Shown piece after piece: positions 42,523 through 51,595 of a stretch of 64,000 nucleotides of DNA. The notes beneath the pieces are model-generated. The model saw nothing but the letters and a program-made list of their open reading frames with translations. It ran no database searches and was not told the origin of the DNA. The stretch lies in assembly GCA_036554745.1 (NCBI GenBank), contig DATBMR010000015.1, positions 30,597 through 94,596 of the forward strand, in the 5' to 3' direction. Origin of the DNA: Candidatus Binatia bacterium. Its GTDB lineage: Bacteria > Desulfobacterota > Binatia > UBA9968. Position 1 is the first letter of the stretch, and each line of letters begins with the position of its first letter. Made by a program: the position numbers and the translations under genes.

Positions 42523-42836
42523 TCAAGTGGATTTGGCAAAATGAACCGTCGCGGCAATAACGAATGAGCCGACGTGGCGGCAATGAAGTCAAAGAAAGCT
42601 CGGAATCCGGATAACCTTCCCAGCGTAATGCCCAGCCCACAGCCCACAGTAAAATATCACTAACTGGCCGAGGAATAAACCGAGCAAGCCAACAATCAGG
42701 AAAAATACAGGGCTAACCGCCGCTCGTAAGCTATCGTTCGGTCGGCCGCCATTCCTGCAATGAAGCTGATACCAGCGATAGCGCCAGATTCTCCTTGCGC
42801 AGCCAAAGACTCCTGGACGACCACCTGCAAAACGGC

Positions 42837-43463
42837 TTAACTCCGTAATCGCCGTATCATTTCTTGTGCCGCAGCCTGTGGGTTTTCTGCATTGATAACC
42901 GCAGAAATTAACGCAATGCCGGATATGCCGAGGCCCCGGAGCGCGACGACATTGTCGGGCGTGATTCCGCCGATAGCAAAAACGGGTAGAGAAAGCGTTT
43001 CCACTATTTTTCCTAGAGCGGCGACGCCTTGGGGCGCGCCGAACATGGCTTTGGAAGGCGTATAGTAAACCGGACCAAACAGTACGAAATCAGCGCCGCT
43101 TTTTTCAGCTTGCTGACCTTCGGCAAGTGAGTGAATTGATGCGCCGATTAATTTTTCGGCACCCAGAAGTGAGCGGGCGACTTCGATCGGCAACGACGCC
43201 GTTCCGAGTTGAACGCCGGCCGCTTCGACTGCCAACGCGACATCAACGCGGTCATTGATGAAAAGCGTAGCGCCGTAGCGATCGCAAAGTCGCTTGGTGC
43301 GCTCAGCCAGCCGGAAAAGTTCCCTACCGCCAAGATCTTTCTCGCGGAGCTGAACTGCTTTGACGCCGCCCGCCAACGCTTGTTCGAAAACCCAAAGCAA
43401 ATCTTGGCCTCGGGTTTGGTTTCTATCGCTTACGAGGTAAAGATCGAAAGCGGGAGTCGGCAC
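42837..43463 (-). CDS. thiE: thiamine-phosphate synthase
   Basis: 208 aa. VQLREKD, FINDRVDVALA, GASIHS and FAIGGI motifs. Confidence 0.92.
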   Translation of the reverse strand: MPTPAFDLYLVSDRNQTRGQDLLWVFEQALAGGVKAVQLREKDLGGRELFRLAERTKRLCDRYGATLFINDRVDVALAVEAAGVQLGTASLPIEVARSLLGAEKLIGASIHSLAEGQQAEKSGADFVLFGPVYYTPSKAMFGAPQGVAALGKIVETLSLPVFAIGGITPDNVVALRGLGISGIALISAVINAENPQAAAQEMIRRLRS

Positions 43464-43472
43464 TTGTCTCTA

Positions 43473-44246
43473 TCAATTGAGAAGCCCGTCAAGCGGACTG
43501 GATGCCGTGGCATAAAGTCGCTTCGGGATCCTGCCCGCGAGATATGCTTTGCGGCCCGCTTCGACGCCCAGACGCATTGCTTCAGCCATCAAAACGGGAT
43601 CTTTTGCGCTTGCGATCGCTGTGTTCATCAGCACGCCGTGGCAACCCATTTCCATAGCGATCGCTGCATCGGATGCGGTGCCGACGCCGGCATCGACAAT
43701 GACCGGAACGTTGGCCTGGTCCAGAATGATTCGTAAATTATAAGGATTTCGAATACCCAATCCGGAGCCGATGGGCGCTGCCAGTGGCATGACCGCAGCG
43801 CACCCTAGATCTTCGAGCTTTTTCGCTGTGATGGGATCGTCAGTGATATAAGGAAGAACCGTGAAACCTTCCTCGACCAGAATTTTAGCAGCTTCGAGCG
43901 TCGCCGGAACATCCGGAAAGAGCGTTCTGTCATCGCCGATGACTTCGAGTTTGACCAACTTTCCCACGCCAGCTTCACGCGCCAGACGACAGGTGCGCAC
44001 GGCGTCCGCGGCGTTATAGCAACCGGCGGTGTTGGGTAAGATCGTGTACTTCTTTGGGTCGATATAGTCGAGAAGATTTTCCTTTTTTGAATCGGTAATG
44101 TTAACCCTGCGCACCGCCACCGTAACGATCTCGGCGCCGGAAACTTCGATCGCCCGCTTGGTTTCTGCGAAATTCCTATACTTCCCGGTTCCGACAATCA
44201 GACGAGAGCGATATTGTGTGCCCGCGATCTCAAGAAAATCTTCCAT
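43473..44246 (-). CDS. thiG: thiazole synthase
   Basis: 257 aa. [22 protein letters not shown] and [13 protein letters not shown] motifs. Confidence 0.95.
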   Translation of the reverse strand: MEDFLEIAGTQYRSRLIVGTGKYRNFAETKRAIEVSGAEIVTVAVRRVNITDSKKENLLDYIDPKKYTILPNTAGCYNAADAVRTCRLAREAGVGKLVKLEVIGDDRTLFPDVPATLEAAKILVEEGFTVLPYITDDPITAKKLEDLGCAAVMPLAAPIGSGLGIRNPYNLRIILDQANVPVIVDAGVGTASDAAIAMEMGCHGVLMNTAIASAKDPVLMAEAMRLGVEAGRKAYLAGRIPKRLYATASSPLDGLLN

Positions 44247-44248
44247 GC

Positions 44249-44449
44249 TTATCCTCCGCCGACAAAATGAACAATCTCCAAACTATCGCCTTCACCCAGC
44301 TTGGTTGCACCGTAAGCGTCGCGCGGCACGATGTCGCGGTTTCGTTCCACGACCACCCGCGCCGGCCGTATCTGCAACTGCTCGAGCAACGCGCTGAGGC
44401 TCATCCCCGCGGCAATCTCTTTGTCTTCGCCGTTGATCTTGATTTTCAT
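44249..44449 (-). CDS. thiS: sulfur carrier protein ThiS
   Basis: 66 aa from ATG 44449 (MKIKINGE...). Ends in the diagnostic GG (VHFVGGG). Its stop lies 2 nt before the thiG start. Confidence 0.85.
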   Translation of the reverse strand: MKIKINGEDKEIAAGMSLSALLEQLQIRPARVVVERNRDIVPRDAYGATKLGEGDSLEIVHFVGGG

Positions 44450-44457
44450 GGTCAAAT

Positions 44458-44504
44458 AAAAAAACCGTACCCACAACGACCACAGACGTGGCCAGGGAAT
44501 ACGG
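44458..44504 (-). terminator. riboswitch expression-platform terminator in the thiS leader
   Basis: The minus strand reads CCGTAttCCC...GGGTACGG followed by TTTTTTT, ending 9 nt before the thiS ATG. Confidence 0.6.
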
Positions 44505-44549
44505 TCTTAAGCATATCCCGGGTGATCTTCTAGCACGCGGGACGTTAAC

Positions 44550-44650
44550 TCTCACGCTTCCCTACGCCGGCGCGACCCGGATCAGGTTCGAAGGGTTACC
44601 TGCGACTGGTCAGGCTCTCAGTCCGCGTTGAGCAGACACCCCTAGCAAAA
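44550..44650 (-). promoter_or_regulatory. TPP (THI-box) riboswitch aptamer
   Basis: The minus strand reads CTAGGGGTGTC...GACTGAGAGCC...AACCCTTCGAACCTGATCCGGGTCGCGCCGGCGTAGGGAAGC. This contains the conserved CUGAGA, ACCCUU.GAACCUGAUC.GG and CGUAGGGAA blocks, upstream of thiSGE. Confidence 0.88.
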
Positions 44651-45090
44651 GCACCCTTAACAGAGCCAAAATGCCAAGTCAAATTCGGGCGCGCGTCTGC
44701 TCATTGTCTTAGGTGAGGCGTTGGACGATTCCGGCACAGTCGTGCGACTTGGGATTCGGCAGCTGTAAGATAAGGGAGGACGAACTTGGAGTGAAAAGGG
44801 ACCGTTCAGGTTCAAAAGTCGTTATCGCCTAACTGGTTCGCTTAACTGCCACGAAGCGCAACTTCGCCAGCTCCCTGAGAGCCGGCAAACCGTTGTCTCG
44901 GATCGGAGGCGTGCTCCTGGCTCTGACTTCCCTTTGCTCCTGCTGATTTCTGGATTAACCCAAGCTCCACAGCCGCAAGGTCTCGTAGTCCGTGCGATTC
45001 ACGTGAGTCCGGAAATGGCGGCATCATACATCCCGCCATGGTTAGCAGGGCTCTAGAGATGAAGGCCTTGCCGCCTAAACGAAAGGCAGA

Positions 45091-46035
45091 TTAGGGTGCG
45101 GCGACTTCCACTTCGAGCGTGCCGATGCCCTCGACCTCGCCCTCCACCTTGTCACCGGGCTTTAGAAATACCGGCGGGACGCGCGCGAAGCCCACTCCCG
45201 ACGGGGTGCCGGTACTGATGATATCACCTGGTTCTAGGGTCAGACCGGCCGATAGGCTCTCGATAATGGTCGGAATGTCGAAGATCATGTCACGCGTATT
45301 GCCGTCCTGCATCACTGCACCATTGACTCTGCAGATCAACCGCACCTGCTGGGGGTCAGGCAGGGCGCTCTTATGCACAATCCACGGGCCGAGCGGACAA
45401 AAGGTGTCGAGTGCCTTCCCCTTGTACCACTGTCCATGTTGGCGCTGCAGTTCCCGCGCCGTCATGTCGAGACAGACGGTATAGCCAAAAACGTAATCGT
45501 AAGCTTTGTCCTTGGGAATATCGCGGCCTTTTTTACCAATGACGACTGCCAATTCCACTTCCCAGTCTAGTTTGGTTGTGACTTGGTGGTTAATCACTTT
45601 ACCCTTGTGGCCAATCACCGATGTTGCCGGCTTAGTAAAAAAAACCGGCCACTCAGGATACTTGATTTCCAACTGCCGCGCGCGCGCGCCCTCGTCGACA
45701 TGCTCGCGGTAATTGATGCCGAGCATGACCACGTTCTTTTTTGGCGACGGAATCGGCGCGATGATCTTCGCCTGAGTGGGTCTGACCAATGCGCCGACGG
45801 CGATGAGTTTCTTCTGCTCATCCGCGCTTTTCCCCGCCACATATCTTTCCCCCTTGCGCGCGACTGCGACTGCTTTGGCACCGGCTTCGATAAACGCCTG
45901 CATGCTGGTCAAAAACGGCGCGCTGCCGCCTTTCAGATAACGCCGGTTGATCTCGGCAAGATCAATAAAGTAGTCCTGGGGTCCCATCAAACCCAGCCGT
46001 TGTTGGTTTCTCGATGAGAACGTGACGAGTCGCAT
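45091..46035 (-). CDS. fumarylacetoacetate hydrolase family protein
   Basis: 314 aa. C-terminal FAH-fold motifs (INYREH, WEVELAVVIGK, PGDIISTGTPSGVG). Confidence 0.9.
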   Translation of the reverse strand: MRLVTFSSRNQQRLGLMGPQDYFIDLAEINRRYLKGGSAPFLTSMQAFIEAGAKAVAVARKGERYVAGKSADEQKKLIAVGALVRPTQAKIIAPIPSPKKNVVMLGINYREHVDEGARARQLEIKYPEWPVFFTKPATSVIGHKGKVINHQVTTKLDWEVELAVVIGKKGRDIPKDKAYDYVFGYTVCLDMTARELQRQHGQWYKGKALDTFCPLGPWIVHKSALPDPQQVRLICRVNGAVMQDGNTRDMIFDIPTIIESLSAGLTLEPGDIISTGTPSGVGFARVPPVFLKPGDKVEGEVEGIGTLEVEVAAP

Positions 46036-46169
46036 GCGAGCCTCCCGCTAGTGTTTACATGCCTGCCAGTGGTCAGTCGTCATTTCTTAGTGTGGCTTGG
46101 AAAATTTCTTTTTTGCAGCGAGAGGTACCGGAGGAAAGCCGGAATGTCAAGTTGTAAACATCACGCAAG

Positions 46170-46511
46170 GTGCCATCAACAGGTCAGCTCTTAAAATGGC
46201 GCCGGGGTTTGTCGCGGAATCTGTTAGGCGGAAAAACTGGTTTGCCAGGAGAATTCGGCGGTGCTAACTTTGGCGACATGAATCCTCGACGCAGAAAGGA
46301 CAGCCGCGTCACGATGCGGGAAGGCGATCGCATTTTGATCAACAAGGGGATCTCAAAAAAAGTGATGATCATTGCTCGGACCGAGATTCCCCATTCGATG
46401 GAGAAGATATTCGTTACCAAATCTGGCGGCAAATACACGATCGGCCTCAAGGTGTGGAAATCGGATTATGCTTGGAACGAAAAGAACCAGATGTGGGTGC
46501 CGAAACGCTGA
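46170..46511 (+). CDS. hypothetical protein
   Basis: 113-aa ORF with internal ATGs at 46278 and about 46314. No RBS or motif support. Confidence 0.3.
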   Translation: MPSTGQLLKWRRGLSRNLLGGKTGLPGEFGGANFGDMNPRRRKDSRVTMREGDRILINKGISKKVMIIARTEIPHSMEKIFVTKSGGKYTIGLKVWKSDYAWNEKNQMWVPKR

Positions 46512-46598
46512 TAGACTTGCGTAGAGTAGGCCATTAGCTCGACACCGCCCAAGCCAGTTAGCTGACTTGTTCGCGCTTCAACTTAGCGAGCAAATCCA

Positions 46599-47975
46599 TT
46601 GTCGACCATGAGACGGGAGTTAAAAACGATTCTGGCGGACATCAAGGCCCAGCGCGGCCCACAAATCTTGCTGGTGTTTGGCGATGACCTGCAGGTGGCG
46701 GAGAGCTGTCGGAACATCGTCGATCAGCTCGTGCCTGCTGACCTGCGAGGATTCAATTACGAGCGCTTCGACGGCCGCACGGCGACGTGGGAGCAAATTG
46801 AAGCCTCCTTGAGGACGCCACCCTTTCTTCCGGGCACAAAGCTTCTGTGGGTCGACAGCGCGCCGTACTTTTACGCGCGCGACCAAAAGGGTGAGCTTGG
46901 CGAGAAAGTTCTCGAACTCTGGCGCGAGAGCAAACGAGAAGACGCCGCCAAGCTACTCCTTGACCTGTTGGTGCTCGAAGCCTGGACTGAAGATCAGTGG
47001 AACGCCGTGGATGGCGTCTCGATGCGAGCGCTTTTAGATCTGCTCGGCGTCGCTAGCGCCGAGGACCGAGAAGATGCTGAGGCGTTAGTCGCGTTCTGCA
47101 AAGAACGCCAGTTCGATTTCGGCGGGCGCAAGGGCGGCGCTCACACGGAACGGCTTGCTTCTCTATTGGATCAGGGGCTGCCCGAATGGGTTTTTCTGTT
47201 GCTGACCGCTGTGCAAGTCGATCGCCGGACCCGGCTGTTTAAGCGTTTGGATGAGTTCGGCGCGGTACTCTATCTTGGCGTGGATCGTGACCGAAGCGGT
47301 AGAATCAGCCGAGAGAGCCTGATCGAGTTTGTCGGCGAGCGGCTGCGGCAGACGGGAAAGACGCTGGAACCTCGGGCCCGGGAAACGCTCATAGCTAGGG
47401 CGGGTGATGACCTGCGCTGTTTTCAGCAAGAGATTGAGAAGCTGCTGCTGTTTGTCGGTGAACGGCCAAAGATTCACGCCGAGGATGTATTACTCATGGT
47501 GTCAGACCGGGGCGAAGGATGGATTTTTGATTTGACGCGGGCGCTTGGCGATCGCGATGCGGCCGCCTCACTCACTCAGTTGGGGCGGCTGATCGCCCAA
47601 GGAGAGCACCCGCTGAAGATCTTGGGCACTGTTGCCGCCGAAGCTCGCCGGCTACTGTCCGCGCGGCAGCTGCTAGCCGGCGCCTTGGCCAAAGTTTGGC
47701 GGCGCGGTATGACCTACACGCAGTTTCAACAATTCGTACAAAAGCAGGACGCGCCGTTGCTCGGACGCAATCCCTATGCGGATTACGTATGTTTGCAACG
47801 CGCGGAGCGTTTTTCGCTCGCCGAGCTAAAGTCTTTTATGGAAAGTTTGTTCGACGCCGACTTGCGGCTTAAGTCCAGCGGTAGCCAACCGCGAATCGTC
47901 CTCGAAAAATTGTTCCTTGAGATGTGCCTTGGTCCGCGCCGACGCGGCGCGCATAGCGCGAGTGTCAGCGCGTGA
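46599..47975 (+). CDS. holA: DNA polymerase III delta subunit (long form)
   Basis: 458 aa. N-terminal delta pattern (QILLVFGDDLQVAE...RFDG...PPFLPGTKLLWV) and a C-terminal helical domain. Contains roughly 100 extra residues compared with typical HolA. Confidence 0.72.
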   Translation: MSTMRRELKTILADIKAQRGPQILLVFGDDLQVAESCRNIVDQLVPADLRGFNYERFDGRTATWEQIEASLRTPPFLPGTKLLWVDSAPYFYARDQKGELGEKVLELWRESKREDAAKLLLDLLVLEAWTEDQWNAVDGVSMRALLDLLGVASAEDREDAEALVAFCKERQFDFGGRKGGAHTERLASLLDQGLPEWVFLLLTAVQVDRRTRLFKRLDEFGAVLYLGVDRDRSGRISRESLIEFVGERLRQTGKTLEPRARETLIARAGDDLRCFQQEIEKLLLFVGERPKIHAEDVLLMVSDRGEGWIFDLTRALGDRDAAASLTQLGRLIAQGEHPLKILGTVAAEARRLLSARQLLAGALAKVWRRGMTYTQFQQFVQKQDAPLLGRNPYADYVCLQRAERFSLAELKSFMESLFDADLRLKSSGSQPRIVLEKLFLEMCLGPRRRGAHSASVSA

Positions 47976-48514
47976 ACTGGGTATCGATGGCCGCGTGCTC
48001 GTTGTTTCTGGGCACGGTTGCGCTCACCCCCACGGTGGGGGCGGAGATGATCGTCCAAACCTGCTTCAGTCCGCGGGGAAAATGTTCAGCCCATATTCTG
48101 CGTGAAGTCGAGTTAGCGAAAAAGGAACTGCTCGTTGCGGTTTATGCTTTTACCAATGCAGAGTTGGCGAGCGCGCTAGTCGATGCTAGGAGGCGGGGTG
48201 TGTCGGTTCAAGTGATCGTCGATCGAGAATTCGACAGGGTAAACGAAAATTCCAAAGCGCGATTTTTGGAGTCGCAGAAAGTCCCCGTACGGCGCGTCTC
48301 CGGCGTGCCGGCGACGATGCCAGATAAAGAACCGGGAATCATGCACCAAAAATTTGCGGTCATCGACCGTCGACTGCTCTTTACGGGTTCTTACAATTGG
48401 ACCCATTCAGCCGACAGCCGCAATGACGAGAACCTGCTCATGTTCCGCAACGCGGAGGCATTGGCAGAAGAGTATCGGAAAGCATTCTTTCGGCTCTGGG
48501 AGCGCAAGACCTGA
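47972..48514 (+). CDS. secreted phospholipase D-family endonuclease (Nuc-like)
   Basis: 180 aa. Signal peptide, single HKD motif HQKFAVIDRRLLFTGSYNWT (HxKx4Dx6GSxN). The GTGA start/stop overlaps holA. Confidence 0.85.
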   Translation: MNWVSMAACSLFLGTVALTPTVGAEMIVQTCFSPRGKCSAHILREVELAKKELLVAVYAFTNAELASALVDARRRGVSVQVIVDREFDRVNENSKARFLESQKVPVRRVSGVPATMPDKEPGIMHQKFAVIDRRLLFTGSYNWTHSADSRNDENLLMFRNAEALAEEYRKAFFRLWERKT

Positions 48515-49044
48515 TGCGGCGCTTCGGCACCATTTGTGCGTTAGTGTTGGCATTTTTGGCCGGGGTCTTGCTCCATTTGCTCTATCAGCGCTGGAGCCTG
48601 ACCGAACCTGTTTGGCAAAATCCGGTTTCAACCAACCAAAGCGTTTCGCCAGCCGGAGAAGGGCGCGATTTCCATGTGAAGTTCGTACCCTTGCCTGGTA
48701 CCCCCACGGCGGATAACAGAGCTGCCGATGTTGCGACTGTGCTTGCGCGGGATATTGGACAAGTCCGCTCGTTGGCTGGCCGAAAGGCGCGCATCCGAGG
48801 TCGGATCTTTCGAGTCGGCCACTCCGCCAAGAGCAACACTTATTTTCTCGATTTCGGGCCTTCGCGGGAGGCGCTCACAGCGGTGATTTTTGCGTCGGCG
48901 GTGGAACTGTTCGAAAAAAATCGGCAGACGCCAAGGCAATTTGAGAACCGTGAGGTAGAAATTGTGGGTTTCATCAAGGATCATCCCCAATACGGCCTGG
49001 AAGTCGTTTTGGAGCACCCCGAGCAGATCAAGATTCTCAACTGA
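48514..49044 (+). CDS. hypothetical membrane-anchored protein
   Basis: 176 aa with one N-terminal TM (ICALVLAFLAGVLLHLL). The C-terminal beta-rich part may be OB-like. TGATG overlap with the nuclease gene. Confidence 0.55.
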   Translation: MRRFGTICALVLAFLAGVLLHLLYQRWSLTEPVWQNPVSTNQSVSPAGEGRDFHVKFVPLPGTPTADNRAADVATVLARDIGQVRSLAGRKARIRGRIFRVGHSAKSNTYFLDFGPSREALTAVIFASAVELFEKNRQTPRQFENREVEIVGFIKDHPQYGLEVVLEHPEQIKILN

Positions 49045-49201
49045 TCGTAGATCTGCGGTTGCATGCGAAACGGCAGGCCTTGATTCCGTGCCGGCCAATG
49101 GGCTTTGTTCTTATGAAATCAGCGGTAGCGGATGAGAAAACAAGCGGCTTTGAGAGAGCACGTTGAAACCGCTCGGATCAGCAAAAAGGAGGCGCTAGCT
49201 G

Positions 49202-49381
49202 ATGGCGGAGGCGGCTAAAAAATGCATGCTCTGCGCCCGGCCTGTAGCAATTCTCAAAGGTAGAATCTGTTCGGATTGCCAGGAAAAAATTCGCCGTGAG
49301 GCCATGGGCGAGCAGGCGCACACGAACGCCGCAGCAGAGCATGAGCTCAGCCGCCATGGTGTCCCACCGACCAAGAAGTAG
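49202..49381 (+). CDS. small zinc-ribbon protein (59 aa), absent from the supplied ORF track
   Basis: ATG 49202 is preceded by AAAGGAGG with an 8-nt spacer. Translation: MAEAAKKCMLCARPVAILKGRICSDCQEKIRREAMGEQAHTNAAAEHELSRHGVPPTKK, with CxxC-x10-CxxC. TAG stop at 49379-49381. Confidence 0.6.
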   Translation: MAEAAKKCMLCARPVAILKGRICSDCQEKIRREAMGEQAHTNAAAEHELSRHGVPPTKK

Positions 49382-49610
49382 GCCTGCAGGGCCAAGCCAA
49401 AATCCGCCGTGTGCCGCAAAATAGCGCGCCGTCAACCAAAAGGCGCTAGGGAAAAACTACCATTCACGTTAGAAGCATGGTAGAATCCGGTTTTAAAAAA
49501 AATCCGAACGGCACTGGATAGCCATCGGACATAGCATCAAAAACTAACTGCGGGAGGTCACAACACTGCGTTTTCGGATTCTGAGTGCGGTTAGTTTCGC
49601 GTTAGCCCCT

Positions 49611-50786
49611 TTGCTCATCGTCGTCCGGTTAAATTGGGTTTGGGCTTTCACTCCTGACCAGGATTTGACGGCACGCGCAGCCGTGCTGATGGATGCGGCC
49701 ACCGGCAAATTCCTCTATCAAAAGGATGCCGACCACCGTCTCCCACCTGCGAGCACAACCAAAGTCGTAACCGCGATCCTGACTTTGGAGAGCGGTCGCA
49801 ATCTCAAACAATCAATGACAGTTTCGAAGAGAGCGACGCGGGTTCCCGCCTCCAAGCTCTACTTGCGCCCGGGACAGTCCCTTAGCATCGAGGAGTTGCT
49901 TTACGGGATAATGTTGGCGTCCGCCAACGATGCCAGCATGGTGCTCGCCGAAGGAATTGCCGGTTCGGTCGAACGCTTCAGCGAGCTGATGACCAAGAAG
50001 GCTCACACGATCGGTGCGACCAGCTCGAATTTTACCAATCCTCACGGTTTAACTGCGCCCGATCATTACTCCACGGCCAAAGACCTCGCCATTCTTTTTC
50101 GCTACGCCATGAAAAATCCGATCTTCCGTGAGATTGTCCAAACCAAGTTCAGCTCGGTGCGTACGACTGCGGTGGTACGAAAGAAGCTCGTGCCCCGGCG
50201 TATTTCGGTACGTAACCATAACCGGCTGTTATGGAATTTCGAAGGTGCGATCGGCGGCAAGACCGGTTATACCCATGCTGCGCAGAAATGTTTTGTCGGC
50301 GCCGTACAGCGCAACGGTGCGACACTTATCGTCGCTATTCTCGGCTCTCGCAATCTTTGGAACGATACCAAACGTCTCTTGGAATACGGCTTCGACCACT
50401 ACAGTAACTTGCGCGCAGCGGAGCCTGGGCTAAAAAGCCGATCGAACGAACAGCACGCCGACATTGTCCGTCCGCCTGCGCCGAAGCCGGCGCAGGCGGA
50501 TGAACAGCCGCAGCAGGCGAACGGTTACGTTTTGCAGGTCGCTACCTTCCGCGAACGCGAGCGCGCCGAAACCGTTTTCCGGAAGATGAGCGAAGACGGC
50601 TTCGAAGCGTTTATGGAACCAACTCTGCTGGGGTCGGGTGAAACTGCCTACCGAGTGCGCGTCGGTCCCTATATCGAGCTCCTCGAGGCGCAGGAAACTG
50701 CCCAGGACATTTTGAACAAGAGCGGCCATAAAGTCTTGATCTTACCAATTCAGTCGGTGCCGCCAGATGAGAGCGATCCAAGCTAA
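49611..50786 (+). CDS. D-alanyl-D-alanine carboxypeptidase (PBP5/6, S11) with a C-terminal SPOR domain
   Basis: SxxK (ASTTK), SxN (SAND) and KTG (GKTG) boxes. C-terminal SPOR-like YVLQVATFRERERAE...YRVRVGPY. The start is probably upstream of the TTG at 49611 (see finding). Confidence 0.9.
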   Translation: MLIVVRLNWVWAFTPDQDLTARAAVLMDAATGKFLYQKDADHRLPPASTTKVVTAILTLESGRNLKQSMTVSKRATRVPASKLYLRPGQSLSIEELLYGIMLASANDASMVLAEGIAGSVERFSELMTKKAHTIGATSSNFTNPHGLTAPDHYSTAKDLAILFRYAMKNPIFREIVQTKFSSVRTTAVVRKKLVPRRISVRNHNRLLWNFEGAIGGKTGYTHAAQKCFVGAVQRNGATLIVAILGSRNLWNDTKRLLEYGFDHYSNLRAAEPGLKSRSNEQHADIVRPPAPKPAQADEQPQQANGYVLQVATFRERERAETVFRKMSEDGFEAFMEPTLLGSGETAYRVRVGPYIELLEAQETAQDILNKSGHKVLILPIQSVPPDESDPS

Positions 50787-50807
50787 CGGGCCACGACTCC
50801 ACGAGCG

Positions 50808-51542
50808 TTAGATCTCGATCACCATTCCGTCTTCAGCCACATGCTCCGATACGAGGTGGCGGCGCGCGAGCATATCTTCGCCCAGGTGAGTGAGCACAAG
50901 CTGCTTACACTTTAAACGCGAAAGGTTTGCTGTCAGGGCGCGGTAATTCACGTGCATGTTAGGCTGGTCGTCGTAGTAAGAACACTCGCAGAGAAACAAG
51001 TCGACGCCGCGCGCGTGTTCGATAAAGCTATCCGTCCACGCTGAATCTCCGGAAAAAAGTATCTGCCGACCTTGGTATGTGACTTTTAGGCCGAGAGAAA
51101 CATCGTCCGACTGATGGGGTACGCGAAACGAATAAACTTCGGTCCCCGCAACGCTTTGTAATTGCTCCGGCTCGAGAACCATAAAAACGAGCGGAGGAAA
51201 CTCGGCGGGAGATTTGCCGCTGCCATACATGGCAGCGTACAGTTGGCGCACACGGCCTTCCGTGCCCGGCGGCCCGGCGATCGTTAGCGGATCTTTACGC
51301 GGTCTTACATAGAGATATTCGATAATGAAGAACGGAATACCGCCAAAATGGTCGCCGTGAAGATGGCTAAGGAGGATCGCATCCAACCGCCGCGGGTCGA
51401 AACCGGCACGTTTCATGGCGAGCAGCGTGGTTGGACCGCAGTCCAAAAGCAGCAACCGATCGCCGGCGTCGATCAAATACGCGCTTTGATTGCGGCCGCC
51501 GCTGCCGAAAGCATCGCCGCAGCCGAGAATGTGAAGTCTCAT
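50808..51542 (-). CDS. MBL-fold metallo-hydrolase (RNase Z-like)
   Basis: HLHGDH motif and N-terminus MRLHILGCGDAFGSGG. ATG 51542 has GGGAG 9 nt upstream (the track ORF starts at 51605). Confidence 0.85.
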   Translation of the reverse strand: MRLHILGCGDAFGSGGRNQSAYLIDAGDRLLLLDCGPTTLLAMKRAGFDPRRLDAILLSHLHGDHFGGIPFFIIEYLYVRPRKDPLTIAGPPGTEGRVRQLYAAMYGSGKSPAEFPPLVFMVLEPEQLQSVAGTEVYSFRVPHQSDDVSLGLKVTYQGRQILFSGDSAWTDSFIEHARGVDLFLCECSYYDDQPNMHVNYRALTANLSRLKCKQLVLTHLGEDMLARRHLVSEHVAEDGMVIEI

Positions 51543-51595
51543 CACAGGATCTCCCAAGTCCTTCTTATCTAGGGGCGGACTAACATGAGGTTTGC

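Noticed and set aside
44842-45039. 65-aa minus-strand ORF in the thi/FAH spacer
   Set aside because: It has no RBS, its low-complexity translation is rich in Gly, Ser and Ala, and it overlaps predicted hairpins.
45003-45060. GTCCGGAA motif resembling the SRP (4.5S) RNA domain IV apex
   Set aside because: The flanks do not form the required long helix. The residues after the GGAA/GAAA loop cannot pair as in SRP RNA, and the 3' part instead folds into its own ATGGCGG...CCGCCAT hairpin. Only an Infernal scan could revive this.
49178-49435. 85-aa and 74-aa minus-strand ORFs from the track
   Set aside because: They lack an RBS and motifs. The plus-strand 59-aa ORF with AAAGGAGG and a Zn-ribbon pattern is the better explanation of this interval.
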